From Spirochaetota bacterium (GTDB lineage Bacteria > Spirochaetota > UBA12135 > COTS27): a DNA stretch of 64,000 nt. A model generated the notes under the pieces. The model did not search any database and had not been told where the DNA came from. It saw only the letters and a list, made by a program, of their open reading frames with translations. The translations under genes and the position numbers were made by a program. Shown here one piece after another: positions 28,701 to 38,375 of this stretch; position 1 is the first letter of the stretch; each line of letters starts with the position of its first letter. The DNA is taken from positions 1,383,527-1,447,526 of the forward strand of contig AP019861.1 in assembly GCA_013426755.1 (NCBI GenBank). Reading direction: 5' to 3'.

Positions 28701-30531
28701 GTTTCTGTGATGATTTTAGAGTGAGATGTGATTTTTGTTGTTTGGATTGTTTGACAGCTAGATCTCTCAGCGTGGTTTCTAATTTCTGCATTTTCGTAAG
28801 AAATAACGCAGTATGCTTAATAATCTTATCAAAAAGGTCACGTGTATTTCGTAGTGCCAATTGGTAATCTTTAATAAAGGCTTTAACTTTATGACGTTTA
28901 TCGTAACCACAGAGACCTGCTAGATAATCGAGCGCCTTAATATCGCCTGGAAGTTCGCGAATAGGCAGTAAATTGAGAAATTGCAGCCGATGCTCGATTT
29001 TTCTAAGCAGTCTGTAATTGTCTGTTAAGGTTACCGCTTCGTAAGAAGAGAGGATTTTATAATTAAATAATTTTTTAAGAGCGTTCAGTGTATTGATTTC
29101 ATTGAGAGCTGGCGTCAATTTACCGTGGTGCAATTGGAGGAATTGGACTAGAAATTCAATATCACGAATACCGCCCAATCCCAATTTAAAATTACTTTTT
29201 AATTGTAAAAATTCCTTACTAGGACTCCTGGTATGTCCATGTTCTGTAAGTTCATGCTCTATTTTTTGTTTCATATGGAACATGTCGATGAGCATTTGTT
29301 CCGATGAAATATCTTGTTCGAAGAGAATTGAATTGCGTAACACTGTGAAAGCGTAATTGAGTGACTCTGTTCCGACAACAAAACGTGCTTTGATAAGCGC
29401 CTGGCGTTCCCAATTCCCTGCTCGTGTTGTGTAGTAATCCATGTAGGCTTTAGGTGGGAGATAAAGCTCACCAGCATTGCCTTCGGGTCGGATCTGCATA
29501 TCGACTTTAAATACGTTGCCCTCAGCGGTGAGATCGCTTAAAAGAGCCGTAAATTTACGAATCCGCCGTTCAATCGCCACATTGCGAAGGCGAACCGTTT
29601 CTTCACATATGAACATAATATCAATATCAGAACTGTAATTCAATTCATAGCCGCCTAATTTTCCCATTGCAATCACACCCACTTTCTCGTCGGCTAGCCC
29701 TGTCATGCTAAAAGCCGTATGAATGACCCTATCAGCAAACGCAGAGACCTTGCCGGCTGTTGTCTCGAGGCTGTCTTCATCGAGATAGTCCGCTATGGCA
29801 ATACGAATAAACTCACGCAATTTAAACAACCGAAGTTCTTGTGCTAAGTGCTGATACACTTCGGCGGTCAATTCATTCTCTACCGCTTCGTTATCTTGCG
29901 ACTTTGTTTCTTCATTAAATGTATGACTGTGAGTGGGGGTTGAGTTTGGGTCGGAGTTTGAGTTTAGGTTGGAATTGAAGTTAGCTGAGGAACTGGTTAA
30001 ATGAGAGCGTTTCTGTACCGACAGATCAGGTGCTATCTTTTTAGCAGCCAATGTATCGGTCAGCGCCTTTTTATTAGCGATTTTTAACCTGGCGACAAGA
30101 TCGTCTGCTTCGGCGTTAATTCGCGACCTATAATCACTCAATCCTTCACTTTGGATTGGAAAAACCTTATCGATGAGGTGATTATTTTTTATAAGCGACC
30201 AGCTGAGACTGATACTGCAGGCAAATAATACAAGGCACTGTTCAAATGCCTCATCGTTTTTAATGAATTTCCCCCACTCTTCTACCTCCGCTTCTAATGA
30301 AAGCAGCCGATGGCTCACTTCTCTGTGATATGCCGTGAAGTGCGCTGGATTAAAAAATCCTTTGCTTTCTAATAAAGCCAAGTACTTTTTATTTTTGAAC
30401 TGGTGTTTGAAAATTGTGATAAATGCTTCGGGGTGTTTTTCCGTCTCACCAGCGTGGTATTCATCGTAATCTTCACGACCTAAGCTGTTCGTAAATAATG
30501 ACTTTAAAAACTCATATTTCATTAGAAACAA
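25771..30531 (-). CDS. glnE: Glutamine synthetase adenylyltransferase/adenylyl-removing enzyme, greatly enlarged (1586 aa), with a central GlnD-like ACT-pair-like region
   Basis: Two GlnE-type nucleotidyltransferase motifs are present: VIAMGKLGGYELNYSSDIDIMFI (about aa 285-308) and ILGLGKWGACEMGYASDIELMFVY (about aa 1296-1319). Residues ~660-1005 resemble the GlnD C-terminus (DYFINFNSEHILRHF; IVLEIAAYSMIGAFSMVAGAISTKGINILSGFIF; YTVLRIKSEDIFLFLYQFTVSLSERRFRIAKAEFATEGSTIDNVIYV). Three low-complexity tracts are encoded by DNA tandem repeats. Confidence 0.85.
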   Translation of the reverse strand: MFLMKYEFLKSLFTNSLGREDYDEYHAGETEKHPEAFITIFKHQFKNKKYLALLESKGFFNPAHFTAYHREVSHRLLSLEAEVEEWGKFIKNDEAFEQCLVLFACSISLSWSLIKNNHLIDKVFPIQSEGLSDYRSRINAEADDLVARLKIANKKALTDTLAAKKIAPDLSVQKRSHLTSSSANFNSNLNSNSDPNSTPTHSHTFNEETKSQDNEAVENELTAEVYQHLAQELRLFKLREFIRIAIADYLDEDSLETTAGKVSAFADRVIHTAFSMTGLADEKVGVIAMGKLGGYELNYSSDIDIMFICEETVRLRNVAIERRIRKFTALLSDLTAEGNVFKVDMQIRPEGNAGELYLPPKAYMDYYTTRAGNWERQALIKARFVVGTESLNYAFTVLRNSILFEQDISSEQMLIDMFHMKQKIEHELTEHGHTRSPSKEFLQLKSNFKLGLGGIRDIEFLVQFLQLHHGKLTPALNEINTLNALKKLFNYKILSSYEAVTLTDNYRLLRKIEHRLQFLNLLPIRELPGDIKALDYLAGLCGYDKRHKVKAFIKDYQLALRNTRDLFDKIIKHTALFLTKMQKLETTLRDLAVKQSKQQKSHLTLKSSQKPLSTSLISTSPISTSPISTSPISTSYHRESLTKLPADTSVETIEPWRRELQKFESDYFINFNSEHILRHFKMLVGLSEAYPADAMITITTNHNDGKAKEIVLAYTPTRHSEADLEQPLAPAKIMADKRKASSKSIPSKNTAENQNISIDTSRQPTTSQAGTTYQIVLEIAAYSMIGAFSMVAGAISTKGINILSGFIFPQVDEQIGGRASADHFYRRSFAAWKDYAAPSPGDFTQPKNGSTLRMNRQSSLSMGGLIKSARKKTIIVIHGEFTNEAYAESFAADKFMEELREYFKLSFKGEIEKVREDIYLRALPFLEQHKHSIKINPVFIDIDNDSHLFYTVLRIKSEDIFLFLYQFTVSLSERRFRIAKAEFATEGSTIDNVIYVTERNRKKVLAKDRLQEIRVTLLLLNYFSNYIVFAPNPYLAFSQFSKLTHHIVDDYETAFTQLLTGGALFKKIARILGTSEAIFEDFFRSEAEDIMNYLSSEEILKIPHTEAYLEAALSKVLINKKYIPSLVPQLRPDKLLNKRSPLPPNKISSKTFNKILNKAPSKAPNEAPNEASNEAYSRISNQVSNNTDKEHAPSSLNKHDTNDDKGYKQQSSESNGQFTSNRVERSDPLTLLNQFKDDSMFAIDLRFLSGAVQDFQVFCQEITTLADVVIRNAYKIVEQQVLEKYAMEKIPGAVVILGLGKWGACEMGYASDIELMFVYQIADEFKQASKSDGADKARRFFEDLGRQLPLAIKSKKNGIFELDFRLRPDGETAPIAVSLGKFREYYTFQNDSVRNFERMALTRLRSLPVGGGAFALELEEKLVQLTNDFVYAAVPFDEAEFIKLRKMQLAQFTSPGVTNVKFSLGGLVDIEYFIQRLLITLGTKDSKVRNPHTLRAMELLYNQGYLKQDVFKTLRKAYHFYRILINSLRIVRGNAEDLEIPDPKSVTFHYLTRRLSLFKAIKRHENFVKRLELEVKKVRKITVPYM

Positions 30532-30761
30532 TTTGTCATAAGTTTTATTAGCCTCAGAGCAGACCTTTAAAAGCAGCCATCAAAAAGCAGTCATTAACAA
30601 AAACAGTCATTAACGTTAATGCCTAGGAGAACATGCTACGTACCCTTATTATTATTACTGCACTCACTTTTAAGGAGGAACTCTACTAGAATAGGTTGCT
30701 GCAGGTTGTGATAGACTCTAATAGGTTGTGATATATTGAAATCTTATATTTAAAGGTTTAT

Positions 30762-31781
30762 TTAAAAATCTATTGATCTTATCATGGCTTGTGAAAGAAT
30801 TGCTTTAAAGCGGTGTACAGGCAATCCCGTTAACCGTGCTAGAAACTCTTCATTGTCATTAAGGACTAGGGTTTGTGGATCAGGTTCTGATGGAGATTGC
30901 ATTGAAGATTGGGGTTCGCTCCCATGGTGCAGAAAATAGTCATTTAAAAAGATAGCTTTGATGGGAATTTGTCGCTTCGCCAATGCTTCACAACTTAAAA
31001 GGGTATGATTGAGCGTACCCAGAGCAGTTTTTCCAACCAAAACAACATCCAATTCATTTTTACAAACAACACGTAATCGTTTATTCAATTGCCTCACAAA
31101 ATCTGCTAGCATTATAGGGTTTATAACAGGATTTTTACGTGAAGTCGTGTTCATTATATTAGTTTCATTATTAGCCTTAGGCGCATCAATATTTTTGTCA
31201 TTAATATTGGATTCATTGGTTTTAGGTTCATCAATATTCGTTTTATCAGTACGAATTGGATCAGAATGATAAGAAGTATATCCTGTAAGCGGAACTAAGA
31301 CACCACCACTGCCTTCAATAATCACCCGCGCCTCAGTAGGGTTGTTTTTATGAAAATCTGCTATTTTCTTACAAAGTTTCTCAATAAGCGTCTCGATGAA
31401 TAGGTTATTTAAAGGTTTGTGATCATACGCTGCTGCAAGATGCGGCGCTGCTGGCAACCGATAAGACGTCAAGGTGAGTAGTCGTGAATTAAGCGATTGC
31501 AGAGACCGCTTAGTCGAGGACGTAGCATTTTTAGCTATCAATTTATCAATTGTAGAACTATCCGCTGTAGAAGTTTTGTTACGCTTGGTTGCTCGTAGAC
31601 TCATGTAGTCGTGTACTGTTTCTGCGTCACTTGGTAGCGGTGTTCCTTTGACACCAGTCTGAAATGGTTTGACGTAAAGCGTCGTTCCAGGATGGCTTGC
31701 TTCATGGTAGGCAAACAATAAACTTGCTAGAAACGTTTTTCCTACGCCTGTATCCGTACCTAAAATAAAAAGGGGGTTCAT
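30762..31781 (-). CDS. bioD: Dethiobiotin synthase with two large insertions
   Basis: N-terminal ILGTDTGVGKT P-loop, then VIIEGSGGVLVPL and LVGKTALGTLNHTLL. It is 339 aa against ~225 aa in E. coli BioD. The extra segments are at about aa 60-100 and aa 167-222 (N/K/T/D-rich). Confidence 0.8.
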   Translation of the reverse strand: MNPLFILGTDTGVGKTFLASLLFAYHEASHPGTTLYVKPFQTGVKGTPLPSDAETVHDYMSLRATKRNKTSTADSSTIDKLIAKNATSSTKRSLQSLNSRLLTLTSYRLPAAPHLAAAYDHKPLNNLFIETLIEKLCKKIADFHKNNPTEARVIIEGSGGVLVPLTGYTSYHSDPIRTDKTNIDEPKTNESNINDKNIDAPKANNETNIMNTTSRKNPVINPIMLADFVRQLNKRLRVVCKNELDVVLVGKTALGTLNHTLLSCEALAKRQIPIKAIFLNDYFLHHGSEPQSSMQSPSEPDPQTLVLNDNEEFLARLTGLPVHRFKAILSQAMIRSIDF

Positions 31782-31795
31782 AAATTGACGACTTA

Positions 31796-31859
31796 TAAAT
31801 TACTGATTGATAAATTACTGATTGATAAGTTACTGATTGATAAGTTACTGATTGATAAA
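31796..31859. repeat. 15-bp tandem repeat x4 directly upstream of bioD
   Basis: taaattactgattga x2, then taagttactgattga x2. Confidence 0.9.
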
Positions 31860-31956
31860 TGGCTTTATGTGACCTATTGTTTAAATATTTTACTGCATAG
31901 ATGATAACAATTGATATAAAAATTAGATTTAGCAATTGAGTATTTTATAACAACGG

Positions 31957-32994
31957 CTAAACCTGATGTCCTGCAATGAAGAACCCAACGTTCATGGTCA
32001 ATTGAAACTGCTTGAATGGGTCGCTACTCGAATTTTCTAGTGTTTTGATAAACGTCAGCAAATCGGTTTTAGTACGAAAGACCTTTCTTAACTGGTCATT
32101 GCGAGTGCCTGTGTAATGCTGGTAACGGTGAAAGGCACGGAAATTATCAAATTTAAGCGCATCGGTTAGCCGTTGTTCGTAAAATATCTTGAATCCTGCT
32201 TGAATCAGTGTATTTTTGACCTCATCACTGCGGGGCAATTTTATAATAAGCCGATCATCATTTAAATCACTCTCATTGTCTAAGGAGGGGCTACGAACAA
32301 TCCTCTGTGCCCGGTCTAACTCTTGATACGTCCCATCCAGATACAATGCCAACGCTAGCACACCTGTTTTGCTTAAAATTTGCTTCAATTTTTTAATAAC
32401 GTTAGGAAGATCATTGACCCAGTGAAGGGCGGCATTAGAAAATATAAGGTCGTAGCCACCACTAGTCTTAGCGGCAAGTGATTGCCACCAGGCAGGCAAT
32501 TTCAAGGGATAATCGCCCAAGTCTTCGATATCCCCAACCCTATATTCGATTGTCCCATCATCATTGCGGTGGTATTTTCTAGCGTAATCAATCATTGAAG
32601 TGGCTATATCTATGCCTAGCAGCTCGTTAATCAGTCCGCGCTGCGTCAATGCCTCAGATAACCTCTTTGTCAAATAACCTGTTCCACAGCCAATATCTAA
32701 TCCATACGAAGTTTTCATGCTGGGGCTAGCGTTATTCTCTTCATAATTCGAGATAGTTTTGATTGTTGGCTCAGTTTTAGCCGTAACGTGGCTAGCAGAA
32801 GTCATGTTTAATGCAGACGTTTTAAGTAGCGGAATTATCTTTAACAGAGCTTCGATTAAAAACGTTCCATGGCGAGTTTGCTGTGTACTGTACATATCGT
32901 ACGTTGTCGCTGCTAATGAAAAATTGCGAGCAATCAATGTTTTTCTGGCATTGGACTGCTTGTTAAGGTCGTGGACGCCGTTTTTACGCTGCAT
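31957..32994 (-). CDS. bioC: SAM-dependent methyltransferase, malonyl-ACP O-methyltransferase-like
   Basis: ARNFSLAATTYDMYSTQQ (BioC-type N-terminus), SAM motif I GLDIGCGTGYLTKRL, YDLIFSNAALHW. It lies immediately upstream of bioD on the same strand. It is 345 aa against ~250 aa typical, with an insertion before motif I. Confidence 0.7.
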   Translation of the reverse strand: MQRKNGVHDLNKQSNARKTLIARNFSLAATTYDMYSTQQTRHGTFLIEALLKIIPLLKTSALNMTSASHVTAKTEPTIKTISNYEENNASPSMKTSYGLDIGCGTGYLTKRLSEALTQRGLINELLGIDIATSMIDYARKYHRNDDGTIEYRVGDIEDLGDYPLKLPAWWQSLAAKTSGGYDLIFSNAALHWVNDLPNVIKKLKQILSKTGVLALALYLDGTYQELDRAQRIVRSPSLDNESDLNDDRLIIKLPRSDEVKNTLIQAGFKIFYEQRLTDALKFDNFRAFHRYQHYTGTRNDQLRKVFRTKTDLLTFIKTLENSSSDPFKQFQLTMNVGFFIAGHQV

Positions 32995-33230
32995 TTTTTA
33001 GTTTCCTAGGTTAATATTTAAGGTATTGATATTTAAGGTAAAGTATACTTAATGATTGGAATTGTTGGATTTTGAATTCTAAGGCTATTAATTGAACTGA
33101 GGACTCTAATCTAATTGCTGGTCATCCTAACGACAACTCTTACGATTAAAAAAGCACCTAAAAATTGATCTGCAGTTAAATAAGTACCTAAAAATTGAAA
33201 ATAGGTTAATTGAAAATAGGTTAGAAGTCA

Positions 33231-33863
33231 ATGCAGCCCCGTCTCCCTATAATTCTTGCATCAAAATCTGTGCGGCGGACAGAAATTCTTACGGCAATTG
33301 GGTTAGTCCACTCACAAATTGCTAGCGCGATTGAAGAGAAACGGGCTACTGAGATTTCTGATCCAGAAACACTTGTCACAACCAATGCCAGATTGAAAGC
33401 ATCCGCTCCTGCGTTACTTACCAAAATAACCAGCCAATATCCACACGGAGCATTAATTATTGGGGCAGATACCATTGTTTCCTGCCATCATACGATCTTT
33501 GAAAAACCAACCGACTTATCTCACGCCAAAGAAATGTTTGCTGCCTACGCAAAATACCCTGCCACTATTCATACAGCCCTAGCCCTCTATGAAACCAAGT
33601 CACGAACCTTGACAAGTCTAACCGACAGCGCAACGCTCACCCTAAACAAACGACTCTTGACCGATAAAAAAGCCTTTACAAATCTTTTCAATCACATTGT
33701 AGCCCTTGATAAGTCAGGAGGTTTTTCAATTGAAGGGCTGGGCTCGGTTTTATTTGAACAGGTGACGGGTTCTTTTTATACGGTTATTGGAATGCCGCTC
33801 CATCTTTTATTTAATCTCTTGAGTAACCGTAATATTGAATTGACCTCCTATTTAGCAAAATAG
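33231..33863 (+). CDS. maf: Maf-like nucleoside triphosphate pyrophosphatase
   Basis: PIILASKSVRRTEIL N-terminal signature, IIGADTIV, and KSGGFSIEG ... GSFYTVIGMPL near the C-terminus. Confidence 0.8.
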   Translation: MQPRLPIILASKSVRRTEILTAIGLVHSQIASAIEEKRATEISDPETLVTTNARLKASAPALLTKITSQYPHGALIIGADTIVSCHHTIFEKPTDLSHAKEMFAAYAKYPATIHTALALYETKSRTLTSLTDSATLTLNKRLLTDKKAFTNLFNHIVALDKSGGFSIEGLGSVLFEQVTGSFYTVIGMPLHLLFNLLSNRNIELTSYLAK

Positions 33864-33959
33864 GGATATTTGAATCAGAAAGAAGTCTGGTTTTCTTGCT
33901 CCGTGTAACATATTAGTAGTAACGAACATTATATCCACTATTTATCTACTATTTATCCA

Positions 33960-34865
33960 CTACTCGAGTGCTAATTCGGCTACGGTCTTAGCGATAGGCA
34001 CCCGTTCTGCCAGAAGTTGTTTAATAAATGGGGGTTCTATCTGGAGTGAATGGTACGTTGCTCCCGTTAAAAGAAGCAGGAGCGAATGAAGTTTTCGTTC
34101 TGCTATCCGCTTTGAAATGGTAGAAGTGTCCAGTGTTTTTAACATTGTTCCCGTTCCAGCAACACTCACACTCCAGAGTGTTCCATACATTTGAATATAA
34201 TTGTAAAAAGTCATGACCTCTGGAAAAGTGGCTCTGAGTGTGTTAATAATGACTGCAAAAAGCTTTGTGACAACGATCGGAGAAGTCGTATGTAAAGACA
34301 CATAACTAGTATCATCACGTAATTTAGCCTTCAATCTAGTTAGAAAACCCTGTGTGTAGAGTTCTGCGGCAGCGCCGATTGGGTCTGTGAGGTCCATAAT
34401 AATCACGTCATAACGATCGGTCGTCTCAGAGACAAATTCCTTCCCATCAGCAAAAATAAGCTGTAATTTACTGTCCGATAAAGCGCCCTTACTGACAAGA
34501 GGCATAAATTTGAGGGCACATTGGGTTACTCGTTCGTCTAGTTCGACTTGTGTGACGTGTTTTACAGAGGGATGACGTAAAACGTGGTGTGTAACACCAC
34601 CGTCGCCGCCGCCAATAATCAATACTTTCTCAGGACACGGGTGCGCTAGTAACGGTGCATCTGCGATCAATTCATGGTACTGAAAGTGCTTCCGCTCACC
34701 GACTTGGGTAAACCCATCGAGGAGCATAACGTTACCGAATTCTTCCGTTGCCACCAATTCTAAATTTTGATATGCTGTTCGTTCGTGGTGAAGTCGTTCT
34801 TTAAACGTGTAGAAGAACCCATAGCTCGGTGAAAGCTGTTCGGAGACAATGTTTTTCATTCGCAT
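33960..34865 (-). CDS. speE: Spermidine synthase
   Basis: LLDGFTQ, YHELIA, VLIIGGGDGGVTHHVLRHPSVKHVTQVELDERV, DVIIMDLTDPIG. Confidence 0.9.
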   Translation of the reverse strand: MRMKNIVSEQLSPSYGFFYTFKERLHHERTAYQNLELVATEEFGNVMLLDGFTQVGERKHFQYHELIADAPLLAHPCPEKVLIIGGGDGGVTHHVLRHPSVKHVTQVELDERVTQCALKFMPLVSKGALSDSKLQLIFADGKEFVSETTDRYDVIIMDLTDPIGAAAELYTQGFLTRLKAKLRDDTSYVSLHTTSPIVVTKLFAVIINTLRATFPEVMTFYNYIQMYGTLWSVSVAGTGTMLKTLDTSTISKRIAERKLHSLLLLLTGATYHSLQIEPPFIKQLLAERVPIAKTVAELALE

Positions 34866-34880
34866 CTTTTACCTTGTAAT

Positions 34881-35765
34881 TTACTGGAGTACAAATATCT
34901 TATGGGCTGCTTGTGAAACAACCGTCCATGCGCGTGATCCCGTTGCAAGTGGCTTCTTTAACGAGGGTATTTCCATGTTTTTTCGCGCCTTTAACTGGTA
35001 CTCTGGTGCTGTGAAATCTGCTCGAATGCCTTTAAACATAAACACGCGATGTTTTCCAAGGCACGTCTCTTTGACTTGATAAAGTTTTTGATGCGCTGCA
35101 TTTATAAATGGTAAAAAGCGAACCAGAGACTGGTCATTGAAACAGTAATTCCCCGCCTGATCCAATGTAAACCCTCTAAATCTAAGGTCTAATGTAAATA
35201 CATCAGGTGTCAATTCACCGAGAAGTGTATCTAGTGCATGCAGTGGATTGACTTCTCCACACGTGCTCAGATCAATATCAATCCTAAACCACGCATGCGC
35301 ACGCTGCAGGTGACTGTCTGGATAAGTATGTGCTGCCAGATGACTCTTATCTAGATGAAGAAGTTCACTCTGACGAGATACACGAGACACATCTACTTGA
35401 TCTGGGAGTTCGGACGGGGTAAAATCGGCTTGATCTGAAGATTTTCTGGGCAGGGTAGAATTAGGCGTTGCTTCTGCAATTAACAGTGACGCACTAGCAC
35501 CCAACGGATCATAATTGTTCTTTGACGCATGCAGCACCGTCGCCCCAATCAAGTCGCTAACTTTGTAAAGCAGTGTCGTTAAAAAGTCTCCAGAAAAATA
35601 GCGATTGCAATGCAGTAAAAAACTATCCCGCGGCTCTTTAGCAGGTGTGTAGACAACGTGATAAAAACTCGCTGTAAGCGATTTAGAAATATTGTTAAAA
35701 CCCGTTAAAACTACCGCAGATTCGCCAGCATCACGAAGATTTTTAGTCGTTAAATTAAGTTTCAT
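34881..35765 (-). CDS. speD: S-adenosylmethionine decarboxylase proenzyme (E. coli SpeD type)
   Basis: Colinear with E. coli SpeD as recalled: GFNNISKSL, YDPLGASASLLIAEA, HLDKSHLAAHTYPDSH (self-cleavage K-S site), FRIDIDLSTCG. It lies 15 bp upstream of speE. Confidence 0.85.
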   Translation of the reverse strand: MKLNLTTKNLRDAGESAVVLTGFNNISKSLTASFYHVVYTPAKEPRDSFLLHCNRYFSGDFLTTLLYKVSDLIGATVLHASKNNYDPLGASASLLIAEATPNSTLPRKSSDQADFTPSELPDQVDVSRVSRQSELLHLDKSHLAAHTYPDSHLQRAHAWFRIDIDLSTCGEVNPLHALDTLLGELTPDVFTLDLRFRGFTLDQAGNYCFNDQSLVRFLPFINAAHQKLYQVKETCLGKHRVFMFKGIRADFTAPEYQLKARKNMEIPSLKKPLATGSRAWTVVSQAAHKIFVLQ

Positions 35766-36084
35766 TTATCAAAATCAGCTTCTTCTACTCGCCCTAATCG
35801 ATCAGTCCCAATTGACGCATAAAGAAATCATAAGGAAATTATAAGGAAATCATAAGGAAATCGCTATGAGTAGTATTATAACATGATTGATTGTTGTGAC
35901 GGGATTTTATGGCATTCGGCTGACCATTCTTTGAAATATAGAACAGCAACAAAATAACAGTACTCACAACGCCTTATTGAGATTTATTAAGACTATTGAA
36001 ACTATTGAGATTATTGAAACTATTAAGACTATTATCAATAGTTTCAATAGCAGCCAGTGAGTACTAGATGATGCGAATGCTCCT

Positions 36085-36759
36085 TTAAGGGGTAATGTTA
36101 TAACGTGCTAGAAATTGCTGAAATGTCTGTGGAAGTGGGATTTCAAACTTACGTCCGCTAAGGTCTGAATGAATAGCTGTTCCAGTCGTCCAATGCAATT
36201 TATACGCCACCAAGTACAAACTTTCCGCCCCAGTAACGTTACGTCTCAGGATTTTATTAAGAGTAAAATCACCGTACTTGTCGTCGCCTAAGATCGGATG
36301 TCCTAATTCTGCCATGTCACGACGAATCTGATGCTCGCGTCCTGTACCCAATTTCGCTTCAATATAACTGAATCTGGAAAAACTCCTCATCACACGATAA
36401 AAAGTCGCCGCTTGTTCTTCCTTACCCTTCCTGTTACGCCGGTCACTCAAATGCCAGAATTGTTTTTTTAGAAACCGCCCCTTAACAAGCAATTTATAAA
36501 ATTTACTTCCAGCCTGAAATCCCTTGTAATAAGCAGCCAGTTTATTACGAGGAGTGCTGCCCTTGACGACAACGATAAGTCCGCTAGTCTCCCTGTCTAA
36601 CCGATGGAGCAAATGAGGACGCACACCGTACTTTTCTGTTAACAATGATAACAAATGCGTACGAATACCCGCCCCCCCTTGACATGGAAGCCCTGCCACT
36701 TTATTGACAACAACAATATTGTCGCCTTCATAAACGAGGTCTAAATGGTATTTCTTCAA
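36085..36759 (-). CDS. RluA-family pseudouridine synthase (no S4 domain)
   Basis: HRLDRETSGLIVV catalytic Asp motif; GREHQIRRDMAELGHPILGDDKYG. Confidence 0.85.
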   Translation of the reverse strand: MKKYHLDLVYEGDNIVVVNKVAGLPCQGGAGIRTHLLSLLTEKYGVRPHLLHRLDRETSGLIVVVKGSTPRNKLAAYYKGFQAGSKFYKLLVKGRFLKKQFWHLSDRRNRKGKEEQAATFYRVMRSFSRFSYIEAKLGTGREHQIRRDMAELGHPILGDDKYGDFTLNKILRRNVTGAESLYLVAYKLHWTTGTAIHSDLSGRKFEIPLPQTFQQFLARYNITP

Positions 36760-36849
36760 AGGCGCTTCTTGTGTTCATATATTCAATATTTACGTGATGA
36801 CAAACGGCGACTGACTTAAATACTTGATGAGCTATTTATGAGCAGATGT

Positions 36850-37812
36850 TTATGTGCCAGAGGGTTGCGTAATGACAAACGGCAATTCTGTGATATAAAG
36901 ACTACTTTTTTTGAGTAAAAATAAATATTGACGAATATTATTAGAGGGCTCATTAGAGGGGTCATCGCTAGCACTGATCCCCTCAGTATCGTCATTCAAT
37001 CTTTTATAACAAGACAGCAGATAGCTACCAGGTTCGCTTAACATGAGCGTAAAGGTTGAATCCACTGCAGTAGACTGTTCTTCACGTTCCTTAGAAAAAC
37101 CACTGAGTCCAGTTCTTCTAAGTAGAACGTATTTTTCTATAGCTGTACTTATCATAAGCTGCAGCCTATAACCACAAATATGAACGGCATTGCCATTTTT
37201 ACTGAACTTAAAAACTTCATCGATAGCCGCTGTTGAAGCAGGATCACTTACATTGCGTGGCTGCAGAGCAGAAGGTTTTTCATCACCCGCAGCATTCACT
37301 GCAACCGAAGTTACTTTGAAGTCAAAGATGCCTTCAGAAAAAACGCCTGCTAGAATTTTGCCATTGAGATTATCCGGTGCTGCCTCGACTTCATCGTTTT
37401 TATTAGTGTTGTAAAAGGCATTTCCTTTACGTGCCAGTATAGGCACTTTCACTTTCTCTCTAGCATGCTCTAATAAACTATTCCTAAGAATCATTGCCTC
37501 GTTATACTGCAGTTCTACATAGGACTGTTTAACCGTCAAACACAAACAAAGCTTTAACTTTATAATCTGTTCCCAGAATTTATCGACAGATATCGTTTTT
37601 GCTGTGGTACTTTTATCGGTTTCATCGGTTTCTTTAGCTAGAAATAACTTCGAGATCTCAGCATCATAGTGCAAGACCTCTTCCATACGCGAGATTTGTT
37701 TATCTATATCATACGGGATAATACTATTCATATCCTCTCCCCCATCTTCGTCATTTATATCATCATAATCATTTTTATTATGATTATGAAAATTTTGCTT
37801 ATTTTGACTCAT
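36850..37812 (-). CDS. Hypothetical protein (320 aa), no recognisable domain
   Basis: Long ORF with an acidic, low-complexity N-terminus. An internal ATG (Met28, MNSIIPY) is preceded by GGAGAGGA and may be the true start. Confidence 0.5.
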   Translation of the reverse strand: MSQNKQNFHNHNKNDYDDINDEDGGEDMNSIIPYDIDKQISRMEEVLHYDAEISKLFLAKETDETDKSTTAKTISVDKFWEQIIKLKLCLCLTVKQSYVELQYNEAMILRNSLLEHAREKVKVPILARKGNAFYNTNKNDEVEAAPDNLNGKILAGVFSEGIFDFKVTSVAVNAAGDEKPSALQPRNVSDPASTAAIDEVFKFSKNGNAVHICGYRLQLMISTAIEKYVLLRRTGLSGFSKEREEQSTAVDSTFTLMLSEPGSYLLSCYKRLNDDTEGISASDDPSNEPSNNIRQYLFLLKKSSLYITELPFVITQPSGT

Positions 37813-38375
37813 TCACCTTAGCCACCCAAAGCTATATTTTTATTTAATAGTTTATAAGTATCTTTGTTTGTTATGTTATTTCATTGCCATTCATACTCAT
37901 TCCCCACACATGATAACAACCTATACTTATATAATTTTAATAGTTTATCTATATGTTTAATAATTTATTTGCCATTGGTTAATATTGTTTAAAATAGGGT
38001 ACAAGCTTTTTATGTTTATGCTCACTTTATTTTGGTTAACGGGACAATTGCTTTTAAAGGTGCATGAAGGTACGTGAGTTGTAATTTTTTTTATAATACA
38101 GACAGGGATTCTTTCATATTTACACAGAAAAAAGAATTTTATAGAAAATTAATTTTAATTTTTAACACTAGCCATCACAATAGTCTAAAAAAATTAATTT
38201 ATTTTAGTGTTTTTTAGTAATTTTAAACAGCGGCTACGTCCAGTGGCTACGTTATAACATAAAATTTTATGAATTTTTTTATTTCTAACCAGCCTGCAGT
38301 TCAACGCGAACACGTTTCCCTATACAACTAAAAAGCACAAGATTAAAACCCACAAAAAATTCAATTTATTTCAAT

